Assembly: GCA_050273025.1 (NCBI GenBank)
Contig: CP158636.1
Coordinates: forward strand, 9,362,001-9,426,000
Direction: 5' to 3'
Length of the DNA: 64,000 bases
Origin: Cenococcum geophilum
Taxonomy: Eukaryota
In this document: positions 51,201 to 62,457 of the stretch, in pieces
How positions within the stretch are numbered: position 1 is the first letter of the stretch
How the letters are laid out: each line of letters opens with the position of its first letter
Position numbers and translations under genes: made by a program
Notes under the pieces: generated by a model
The model's input: only the letters and a program-made list of their open reading frames with translations
Database searches by the model: none
Told to the model about the DNA's origin: nothing

Positions 51201-54200
51201 TACCTAAATAAGTAGAGCTAAGGTTTTTACAAAGCTCGATATCCACTAGGCCTTTTACCGAATTAGGATAAACCTCAGGTCTAAGGATCTTACTACATTT
51301 CGAACCTATTACGGAACGTATAAATACAAGGTACTTTCTTTTGGACTAACTAACGGACTAGCTACGTACCAGCGGTATATAAATGATATACTCTTTAACT
51401 ACCTTAATAACTTCTATATAGCCTATCTAGATAATATTATAATCTACTTAGAGAACGAACTAGAATATAAGGAGCACGTCTATAAAGTCCTACAACGGCT
51501 CCGCGAAGCTAGCCTTTAGGCCAATATTAAGAAGTCGGAATTTAGTATTAAGCATACAAAGTACCTAGGTTTTATTATCAGCATAGACGGAATTAAGGCC
51601 AACCTGGAGAAAACAGCCGTAATTAACTAGTGGACGCCCCTATAGACTATAAAGGGGGTACAATTATTTCTAGGTTTCTGTAACTTCTACTAACGCTTTA
51701 TTAAGAACTATAGTAGAATCGCCCGGCCTCTTAACCGCCTTACTAGGAAAGACTAGCCCTTCTACTTTAACGCTATATATATGCAGGCCTTTAATAAGCT
51801 TAAAAAACGGCTAGTGTCGGCCCCCCTACTTACCCACTTTAACCTAGAACGGCCCTTAATGCTAGAAACTAATGCCTTAAACAGCGCGATAGCTGGTGTT
51901 TTTTCCCAGAAGTAACCAGACGGAGAATAGCACCCTATTGCATACTATTTAAAGACTATAATAGATGCTAAACTAAACTACTATATCCATAATAAAGAAA
52001 TGCTGGCTATTATCTCTAGCTTTCAGCACTAGTGTGTACAGCTAGAGGGGACCCCTAAACCTATTAAGGTAGTATTAGATTATAAGGCCCTAGAATACTT
52101 CATAATAACTAAGGCCCTTACGGCCCGGCAGGCACGCTAGGCGGATATCCTATCTTAGTTTAACTTCTTAATTATATATAGACCAGGCGCTACAAACCGT
52201 GCGGATGCTCTTACTAGGCGTAAATAAGACCTAGGTAACCATACGGCTGCAAAGATCTTATTACGGACCTAGACGCTACTATAACTAAAGCACCTTAACC
52301 CCTGGATATAGGCAGAACTAAGTACAGACTTTTTAGGCGCCGAGATGTATCCTATTAACCCTTTAGGACTTAACTTAATCGATAAATTGCTGCAAACAAA
52401 CTGTACGGCCCCTTCTCTATAGGAGTACCGTGAAAAGGCAAAGAACGTTTCTAGCCTATAGTCCCTTAAAAGTGGACTACTTAAGCACTGTAAACGGCTA
52501 GTGGTAGCAGAGGAACAGAACTTATGGACTCGGCTTATTACCAAAGTATATACCTAGGTCTTTACGGCCCACCCTAGAAAAAATAAAACCCGCAGGATTA
52601 TTGGCGACCGCTATTACTAGCCCGGAATAATTATAGATATTAACCGCTATATACGGAACTGCAATAACTGTTGTAGGTCTACAATTCTATGAGATAAAAC
52701 CCTAGGACTATTAAAACCCCTCCTAATACCCGACCGCCCCTAGTAATATATCTCTATAGACTTTTATAAGCTACCTTTAGACCGTAACGGATATAATATG
52801 GTTATAATTCTGGTTAACCGCTTTAGCAAGCACCTATTCTTAATTCCCTGTTATAAGAATATCGATGCTAAAGAGGCGGCCTAACTATATATCTACTACG
52901 TTTACCAAATTTACGGACTACTAGACACTATTATATCCGATTATAGGCCGTAGTCTATATTAGCCTTTTAGAATAAGTTTACCTAAATCCTAGGTATTAA
53001 GCTAAAGCTTTCTATAGCATATTACCCCCAGACAGACGGTTAAACGGAGATTATAAATTAATACTTAGACTAGAGACTCCGGCCTTTTATTAACTACTTC
53101 TAGGATAACTAAGCTAAACTATTACCCTTAATAGACTACGCCTAATGTGAGGGGATCTTGTAGACAGGGGGCTATAAGGACACGATTGTGGAACAGGATA
53201 GATTGGTGAGAGAGACGAATCCTTGAGGAGGTAAGGCCTCTGGGATCGTGGAGACTATATACTACGGGCACGTGCCTCCGGCACGTGACCGGCGACCATC
53301 CGAGGGGCGTCCGGGGGTTGTCCTGAGGGCAACCCGAGGTGTCCGCAATAATATCCCTTACACCTAAGCGACCCTACCCCATAACTCTACCGGATTTGCC
53401 CCTATTTAACTAGAAATGGGTTACCTACCCCATATAAGCTTTAACTGGGAAAGACTAGAAGGGCCCCAAACTGTACACAAAAAACTATCTTATAAGGAAG
53501 CCCGGCAGTACGCTAAGCGCTTAGAAGAAGTCTAGAAAGTAGCCTATATAAACCTAAAAAAGGCCTAGAAATTAATAAAACAGTAGGCAAATAAGCATAG
53601 GCGCGAGCCTAACTTTACGGTAGGCGATATAGTCTAGGTTATAATAAAGAACTAAAAGACGGAATGGCCTAGCCGTAAGCTAGACTATAAGATAGCAGGA
53701 CCGTATAAGATTCTTAATAAAGTAGGTAACTTGTATAAGGTTAAGCTCCCAGACTTAATTAAAGTTCACCCTATTTTCTTGCCGGATAAGCTACAGAAGG
53801 CTATAAATGACCCATTACCTAGACAAAAGAACGAACCCCCCCTACTGATTTAAGTCAGTGGCGATAACAAATAGGAAATTGAAGAGATACTGGCCTGTAA
53901 GCTAGTAAGGAAAACGCTAAAGTACCGCGTTAGTTGGAAAGGCTATGACCTAAATTCTACCTAATACCCTGCATGGAACTTTATCAGCAGTCCCTATAAG
54001 CTTTAAGAATTCTATAGCTATTACCCTAATAAACCGGGACTGCTAAAGTACCTAGACGAATGGATACAATGCTAGTATAATAAAGATAATAAGCTACTAG
54101 AAGAGCATAAAGATAAAAACGCCCTATAGGCATAGTACGGATATACAAAGCCTAAGGGCAGGCTTTTACAGAGGGGGGGTAATGTTATAGCACTGGCAGA

Positions 54201-54407
54201 AAGCGGCAGCTATGGTAGACGTTATGGTAAACGTAGGGCTTACGTAACTCTTACGTGACTAGGGATTGTATATAACTCCTCGCGTTACTACTTATCCTTT
54301 TCTTTTCTTTTCTTTAGCTTTAGATTCTCGTTTATAGATAATCCAATTGTACAGGCTTACGCGTCCCTCTTACCGTGCTTATGCCTTAATTAACTGAGTC
54401 GCTAATA
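48295..54407 (+). mobile_element. Ty3/Gypsy chromovirus (Gypsy-2), full length
   Basis: 225-bp LTRs at 48295-48519 and 54183-54407. TSD tacag. PPT agaggggggg. Gag ATG at 48725 with CCHC ~49710-49755, protease ADSGANAF, RT LRFCIDY and YLDD (51424), RNase H ETDAS, integrase, chromodomain WEIEEIL..YRVSWKGYD ~53870-54030. Confidence 0.95.
53146..53362. mobile_element. Solo LTR (217 bp) in the Gypsy-2 integrase
   Basis: TGTGAG...CTTACA termini; TSD cctaa. Shares agagacgaatcctt and twin gcacgtg motifs with 23853-24064. Confidence 0.9.
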
Positions 54408-55296
54408 TACAGCACCTATAATCTTTAGAGGATAATCTTAAGTTGCTATAGGTAGAAAATAAAGAGCTGCGGTAATATACCAATAAAAGGCGGGAAAAGA
54501 AGAAGCGGAAGCGGACAGTACTCTCTAAAGAGTCAGTTCTTACATTAGCGGCGGCTTAGGAACTTGCTGCTACTAAGGAAGCTACTATAAAGGCTAAAGA
54601 AAAAGCTAAGATAGCTAGAGACGAGCTATAGAAAAAGCGCCAAATAGTAATTACGCTTAAAAGAGAACAGGTAAAAGCCAGGAAGGAAGTTTAAAGAATT
54701 GCCGCTAATGTAAAGAAGTTATTTACGCTTTATAATAGAGAGGCAGGGGGCGTAACAAAGGTGGCGAAGAAGGCAAAGAAGGCCTTAGACGCTACCGCCA
54801 AGATTACTCGCTAGAAGAACACTACTAAGACCTAATTAGCGGCTATTAAAGCGGCTAATCAATGGCAGTCGCATTAATTAACAGCTAAGACGCTCCGGAA
54901 GCAGGTAGAAGAGTCTTCTTCTGCATAGGCCGCAGCTTAAGTCGTTATTAAGCAACTTCAGAATACAGCTAAGAAGATATTAGATCTTTTAGATCTACTA
55001 AAAGACCTTTAAGAAGACTAGGAGGACAATAATATAACTAATAATAAGTCCTTAGATAAGGAGGGTAAGTTAATTAATAGCGACTGGGGCTAAATACACT
55101 AGCTAATTAAGCCTTAAAACACCTAGAAATCGACTTTAGATAGACCTTATATATATTTTTATTGCTTCAAGACTCCTTACCAACAATGCGATGATTTGTG
55201 ATGGTTTTTACTAATTATTTACTACCAAGTTGGCATTTTGGCGAATTTTGATGTTCAAATCGAGCAAAACCCAGGGACTAAGCAAAACCCCGTATG

Positions 55297-55540
55297 TGTC
55301 ACGGGACTGCCCGCGACACGCGCTACGCTAGACGCGTAGCTTTCCTTTCCTTATTTAATATCGCTCGGCAGATAGTTTATCCGCCCTAATTGCCCCTATA
55401 TAGATTTGGCCGCAGCTGCATTCCTTTAAGCTCTCTAGCAATCCTCTTAAGTCTCTACGACAGCCATATATAGCTATTAATTCTTCAAATCCGATGCTTG
55501 TTTATCTAGCGTTTGCATGTAATATATCGTCATCGTAACA
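55297..55540. mobile_element. Solo LTR (244 bp) inserted inside the right TIR of the pogo element
   Basis: TGTCAC...GTAACA termini; TSD gtatg at 55292-55296 and 55541-55545. Confidence 0.9.
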
Positions 55541-58500
55541 GTATGCCATGTTACGCCTATCTTAAATCTATCTTTATAAAGATTTATACATTACCTATCT
55601 AATTCTAGATTTCGCTAATTAGGGGTAAAGAATACCTACCCTTTTAAGTAATATTATTTAACTATCTATAGTTAATACATAGTCTAAGTTTTCCGTTCTT
55701 TTTTAGTATAAATAGTACTTGATATCCTACTAATAACTACAATAGTCTAATATATCCTTTCCGTAGGTTTTCTTAAATAAACTCTTTAAGTGCTCTTAAC
55801 TCTTCTTAAGTAAGCATATAGGTTAGAAAGAACCTTAGACTTATTCCTAGTTTTAACTCTATCTTATAGTCCTATACTATATAATCTACTAGCTTTTCAC
55901 TTTCTAGGCTCTATAGCTTTTTACTATACTTATAGTATTTTTTTAGTATATAGGACAACCCTTTCTTAGTTTTCTTATATATTACTCCAACTTAGTACTA
56001 TACTAACTTAGTTTATTATCATATCTTGCGTTATTAAGTATCCCTAATATTAACTTAGCCCGTAATCTAATTAATCTTTAAATTATATTCCTATAACTAA
56101 GGCATTCCTAATACTATCTTATCCCGTCCTAATAGTAGGATATTAAATGACATCTTAATTTATCTTCCTTTAATAGTTATCTAAATAGGTCCTATTTTAA
56201 GGTTAATAATCCCTCCTTTATAGGTTATTAGATCTCCTAAAATTATAACTAATAGGTAAGATTGTTTTTTCTATCTATAAGGTAATCTTATTCTTTTTAC
56301 TACTACTAATAAAATATAGTTCCGCGTTACTCTACTATCTATTAGTACTTTAAACTGCTAATTTTACTAATTAACTCGTAAATTTAGGTATTATCCTTAA
56401 ATTCCTTTAAGGGTCTAAAGCTCTACTACTGGCTCCCTTTAGTCCTATAGGCCTCCTCTTTTCCTAACTATTAGCTGCTTAATTCTATTATACTTAGCTC
56501 CTTTTTTAGCTAGTGCCTAGTTTACTTTTTATCTTTAATATACTATAGACACGTGTTCTCTAGGCATTCCCACTACTATTATTTATCTAAGTATTCTTCT
56601 ATAAGGAATCTTTCTAGTTAAAGTATTAAGTTATCTAACTCCTAAACTTCTATTAGATGCTATCTATATATATATTTAGCATTCCTATACTATTGCTTAT
56701 TTAGCGCCTAATATATCCTTACTAGGCACTTCCAATTCTTTTCTTTTAGGTTCTTATGCATTTTATATATATTATCCACGCATGCAATCTATAATAGCGT
56801 ATAGTATACTAGGTACTTTAGGTTAACTCTTAACTCGTCTTTATCTTTAAGTTTAAATCTTTACCATACTAATCTAAATATTATAACTTTGTTTATAAGT
56901 ACTAAGATTTACCTCTTACTTCTCTAGTCCTCTAATTATTCCTTTAGATCCTTTAACGTTATAATTAAGGCTCCTTTAATATAACTTATTACCTTTTCCG
57001 TAATAGGGTAGTCCTAAATAACTTACTTATCCAACCATATATAAAAATCTTCCTACTTATTATTATATCGTTGCCTATACTACTTTTAGTACAGCTATTA
57101 GAGTATATACGGCTTGTCCGTAAGGAAGTATTTTCTTATTACTATATTATAATAGCCCTTTATATATTATTCTTTAAATCTAGTAGGGATCCCTAAATCC
57201 TCTTCTTGTTTTAGTTTAGTAAGCTATTTAGCTCTTAGCGTACCTACCCTAAGTCTATTAGTAATTCTTTATATAGGTGCTTTATCCCTTATATAACCTA
57301 GTATACTAAATCTCTAGTCTAGTTTCTATTCTTACTATATAAGGATTTTTTGTCTAAATTCCTCTATAGTTTTTTTTATTTTTTACCTTATAAGTAGATC
57401 CTTAAAGTCTTCTTACTTCTTAATCTTAGTGTTATATTTTTTAATGGTCCTTATTTATATGTTAAAGTCTTAGTCCTATAGAATTCTTAATCCTAAGCTT
57501 ACTTCTATCTTAAGCTTAGCTTTAGCCTTAGTCTAACTAGGCTTCTGCGGTATTCTTATCTCGTCTTAAGAGTCTTAAATCTTACTTATCTCGTCTTAAG
57601 AATCTTATACCTTTAAGAAACTTCGTCCCAAGCTTATTTATATATTACTAAACTAAGCTACTACTCTGCTCTATTGGTTGTCGTCCATTATAGGTCCTTA
57701 AGCTTATCTCATCCCATCTTAGGAATCTTAATCATTTCTTATCTCGTCTTAAGAATCTTAAGCCTTTAGCCTTTTACCTTTATTAAGTATCAAAATAGTT
57801 TACTGTTTTACTTCTTTTATATCTTATAAAGCAATAAATATCGTATCTAGTGGGGTCTTAATCCCTACTAATATTCCCTATTTTATAGTGGAATTATCCT
57901 CTACCTCTTTTATAATATCTCTAAGGTTTATATACTCCTAGTAAGCTGCCTTTATTGCCTTATTATTACTAAATATTTTACCTACGTTAAATTTATTATC
58001 CTTAATATCCAATTTGCGAGATAGTTCGTTAGTTCCTCTAAACTTTAATAACTTTAGCTTTTATAGCTAATAGCTTACGCCATACTTAGTATCTTTATAA
58101 ATTTGGTATACGTTATTATAATAAAACGCAAAACTCTTAATTAAATATTCTTTTATTTCTTATAGTACACTATTATCCCTCTATATGTATATATCTTCTA
58201 CTAGTCTTATCCCTTTTACTACGTAGTAACTCTACTCACTTTTATAATCTTTAATATAATAACCCTGTTTTCCGTAATTTATATAAGCTCTTTCTTTAAA
58301 CCATTTTTCTTACTATAGAGTCCGCCTAAACGTCTTCTGCTGCTAAAATCCCTAGTTTAGCCTCTGCTCCTTAGACCTTTAATTACTTAATCCTTATCCT
58401 CTAGGTTTTTATAGTCGTTTATTTCATTTTCTATTTTCTTTAGTACTACTTAGGTCTATTAGCTCTGCGCCATACTATAGCTTCTAACTTTAACTTTATT

Positions 58501-59904
58501 ATTACGTGCCCTACGCCTTATATAACTATAGAACTCTATTCTAACCCTTCTTAGTCTACTCTCTTCAGTAGATCCTATTATTAATCTTAATTACTTAATT
58601 AATTAATTCCCTAAGAGTATCCGCATCTTCTATTAGAATAATTACGTCCTAGACTTTTACCTTAAGTCCTTACTTATATTATGCCATAAGCGCCTTATTA
58701 TTCCATTTAACCTATATTGTCAATATTTAAAACTATATTATGTATTTAATTACTAAAGTCCTTTATACTAGGTTTTAAAGCTTTCTTTTTACTATAGTGG
58801 TTACCTCTAGGTCTCTAAATATTTATATTAGGCGTTCTATAAACCCACTTTAACTAGAGAATATATACCGTACCTCCTAGTTAGTAGTTATTATGCTATG
58901 CTTCTTTGCCTCTATAAGGTAAAGTTTAAACCACTTAAGTGCCCTTCCTATTAAGAATAGTCCTGCGTAAGCAACTTAATCCATAAACGTTCCTAGTTTT
59001 ACTCCTTCTTATATAACCTTAAAGTGCATTTACGTAAGGAATCCCTTAAGCTTTAACTTCTTACCCAAGAATTACTTAATTAAGGGTAACTTAACCTTAG
59101 CTGCTCCGATCCCGTTAATCCTTTCTTTAAGTATCCTATTATTATCTATTAATTAATTAACTATTTCCTATAGCTGTCTAACGGTAACTAGTTAAGAGTT
59201 AGTGTCTGCTATGCTGGTATTATTACCTAATCCTAAAGTAGTCGCTACCGTTAACGGCGTTGTAACTACTGCTTTTAGTAGCATGTTGTTTAACTTTATT
59301 AATACTATAACCTTAGTAGTAAATATATAACGAAGCCTTATAGGAAATACTATGGTAGACTTATTAATGGGCTGGGTATATAGGTAAATAAGAAGTTAAC
59401 AACGTATTAATAACTGGTAGAGTAGTTACCTAATAGATTAACTCTAATTATATTCTAAGATTTACTATAAAGAAGAGAAACTATCTATAGAGACCGTGTG
59501 TCCTTAAATGTATAACTCCTCCCTATAGTAAAGGGTTTAGTATGTTGGTACGTTGGTACATTAGTACGTCGTATTCCTATATTCCTACGTTCCTATATTC
59601 TAAACTTGTAATGTAACTAGTTATATAACTTAACTACCCTTTATTCTATAGCTTAATCAGTTCTAGTGCCTCTCGTACTGTCTTAACTAACCCGCTTATA
59701 TCCCTTCTTAGTAGTCGTACTACCGCCGATATAAGGTCTGTAATATATATTAGGTAGTACTTTAATTTAAATTTAAGATAGTATATAAGATTATGCTTTT
59801 TATTCTTATAGCATTATTAAAGGTAGTAATAGTGTTTAGATAGTGTATATAGTTACACTATTTAGTAATATCTTTTGTAGTTAATACCTTCTTTTTACTA
59901 ATAG

Positions 59905-60116
59905 TGTAACGGCGCTATCGCACGTTACCTGCCAAATTCTGCCATATTCTGCCGACCTACGATTGGCTTGCCTGGAGCTAGCGCCTTGGCGGCTTACCCT
60001 ATATATTTATTTACATCGGTCCTGGCGACCCCTTTTTCCCTTTTCCTTAGCTTAGTATCTTCGTAATATAGCATTCTACAAGCTTTGGTTTAGAGGCATT
60101 TGTATAAGCCGTAATA
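59905..60116. mobile_element. Solo LTR (212 bp)
   Basis: TGTAAC...GTAATA termini; TSD aatag at 59900-59904 and 60117-60121. Confidence 0.85.
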
Positions 60117-61076
60117 AATAGCTTCCTTACCATACCTTTATAATCCTTATTAAAGAACTCTACCTCTTTATTAACTACTACTTTAGTTAAAGTACCTACT
60201 ATTTAAAGTGCCGCTTAAATAGCTATAGTAATTTTAATAATTTTAGTATTAGTAGACGTATTAATAAGCATAGTAGTAGCTTTATATTTAATTATAGGAT
60301 TAACCCTCTAAGTCTTTCTTATATATTTTAACCATACCTCTATTATTTCCTCCACTCTATACTATTTATCTATATTATTTACTTCTTTAAGTATTATAAG
60401 ATTCTTTAAACTTTATAATATAATAATAGTAGTTAATTAATTAAGCTAAAACGAATAAAGGCTATAATATTTATTAGCTTAATATATATTTTAGATAATA
60501 AACTTTTAGTATTTAAAGACTTTAAATAGGATAACTAAAATATTAATAAATATCTTTATAGTATTAGTATATATAGTTATATTTAGAATAAATATTTAAA
60601 CCCTTTGGATTATTTTATAATAGTAAAAAGTGTTTATATACGTAGTATAGGTTTAATAGTAAGGTCTACTTCTTTAGACGCTTTAGAAGTGTTTTTAATA
60701 GTATTTTCAAGCACTTTAGCTCCCCTTTTATATATTATAGCGCTAACTAAAATAAGAAAAAGTATAGGCTTTTAATAGCTTTTAAAAAAATAGATAATAG
60801 TAGTATAGTATAGAGGATAAGTAGTATTATATATAAGTATAGAAAAGTAATTTAAATAGGTAAGGATTTAGTAAATTGCTATTATTAATTATCCTTTTCT
60901 AAAGCGACTATACTACAGCCAACTTTTATATCTTAATAACTTTTTAACTACGCATTCTATCTATATACTTTTAAGATATAAAATATAAAACTTAATAAGC
61001 TAAATTTAATAATAATAATATTATTATTATTAAATTTTAATTATAGATAAAAAAGTTATTATATATTAAACTATAT

Positions 61077-61460
61077 AACTCTATATTTATATAGAGCTTC
61101 GCATAGAGCTTTATACAGAGGCTCTATATATAATAGCTCTGTATAGATATAGAGTTATATAGTTTAATATAAGGCTTTACGCGGGGCTCTATATTAGGGA
61201 CTTTATATATAGAGGCTCTATATACAAATGCTTTATATACAAAGGCTCTATATATAAAGGCTCAATATATAGGCTCTATACAACGCTTTACATTAAAGAC
61301 TGCGTATAAAAAGATTCTGCAGACGAAGGCTTTGTGTATAGAGGCTCTACATACAGAGGCTCTGTATAATACTCTGCACGACGCTCTGCACAACGCTCTA
61401 TATTAAAGACTCTATATTAAAGACTTTGCGTACAAAGGCTCTACGTACGGAAACTCTGTA
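61077..61460. repeat. Second copy, same orientation, of the AGAGGCTCT-core array seen at 9792-10210
   Basis: Shares non-periodic stretches taactctatattta and aaggcttt(a/g)cgcggggctctatattagggactttatatatagaggctcta. Confidence 0.9.
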
Positions 61461-61466
61461 CGATAC

Positions 61467-62457
61467 TGTTGACCTAAATTAGGTTATCTTATCACCGACT
61501 TAGTAACCTCCTATTGACTTAGTCATTGACTCGGTCACCTACCCCTTGTTTTTATTACCACCCCCCTACCCCCTTCTCGTTCTTTTTTTCTATACCTTTC
61601 CTATGTATATATAGAGGCTCTAGAGCCACCATTTAATAGATAAAGTTATTATTCTTTTCTTACAATTGGTGCACTAACTACTGATCGACTGTTATAAGCC
61701 CGAGTTGCTTGCCGTATTACCCCTATTTAACTATTTAATTTGATTAATCTATTTAATTAATTATACCCCTTATTAAATTACTACTTATTATTAAATCCTT
61801 TAAGCTTTTTACAAGCACCTTTTTAAAATAACTTCTTACCTACCTACCCAAGCTATTATTATGACGGTGATATTATCGAGCCAAGCTAATTAGGACGAAT
61901 AGATCAACCTTATTAGGCTTTAAGCCCGGATGGGAGACGTATAGGAATACGTTAACCCCTTAACTAAAAAGGATAAGTTACCCTAATTAATTAAACCAGT
62001 CTTTCCTAGGCCTTAAGATGTGAAGATAGAAACAACCTTATATGCAGCTCTCTCTAAGGACAAGAAGGACGAGCTTTAAATTCTCCGTAAGAGGTATAAG
62101 ATAGTAAAAAAGGAATATAAGAAGCAGAAGGCAGCCTTAACTTCTCTATAAAGCTATACCACCGGTATAGTAGCCAGACATCTAAACACCTATATACTGG
62201 GTATTGACTTGGTATATAACATACTAGTGACTCTTAAGGAGAGGGTTGCCCCTACTAATACTACATATTAGCTCTACCTATCCACTTAATACGCTAAGGT
62301 TAAAAAGGGCCCAAAGAATTAGAACTTTGAGGCCTGGTTATAGCAGTAGGAGAAGACGTACAACGACTATAAAAAGATTAAATTGTTAGACGTAGACGGC
62401 GACTAAGCAATTAGAGACTTTCTACTAGCGGTAGAGCCAATATTACTAAATTAGGCC
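61467..62457 (+). mobile_element. 5' part of a non-GalEa Ty1/Copia element: LTR (~61467-61690), PBS-like gttataagccc, gag from 61861
   Basis: TGTTGA start. GTTATAAGCCC resembles the GGTTATGAGCCC PBS of fungal Copia. Gag reads MTVILSSQADWDEWINLI..VWEYVDP..LKERVAPTD..AWLQQWE. Interrupted by the LINE-like element. Confidence 0.8.

Larger units (their letters stand above)
46882..55093 (+). pseudogene. pogo/Fot1 DDD transposase, RIPed, split by Gypsy-2
   Basis: ATG at 46882. Back-corrected GKNWVSRF, WNMDEIG, GSREWVS, ISENGWSN, YRLLVMDGHSSH, CLPPHSTHILQPLDLVIF. A coiled-coil C-terminus follows 54412; the end is approximate. Confidence 0.9.
46704..55551 (+). mobile_element. Fot1/Pot2-like pogo DNA transposon
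   Basis: TA TSD (46702-46703, 55552-55553) splits the Gypsy-1 RT codon in WAY|YQIRI. Left TIR acgtggtatatggggttttgcttagcccctgggttttgct is mirrored at 55261-55296 plus 55546-55551. Confidence 0.93.
43109..59745 (-). mobile_element. Ty3/Gypsy chromovirus (Gypsy-1), interrupted in RT by a pogo transposon
   Basis: LTRs at 43109-43504 and 59326-59745. TSD tatat. PPT next to 43505. Gag ATG at 59284, CCHC ~58240-58290, protease LIDSGATRNYI ~56330, RT FVPKKNGKLRLCIDYR and YLDD (~46525), RNase H, integrase, chromodomain (WYEVKWTGYDETTWEP) ~44290-44390. Confidence 0.93.
22004..60892 (+). mobile_element. Old Tc1/IS630-mariner-like TIR element (~2.9 kb native) hosting all insertions between 22994 and 60116
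   Basis: 76-bp inverted repeats at 22004-22079 and 60817-60892 with 4 mismatches. Native segments 22004-22993, 32644-32818, 42330-43108, 59751-59904 and 60122-60892 are joined by matching TSDs of the nested elements. Confidence 0.8.
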
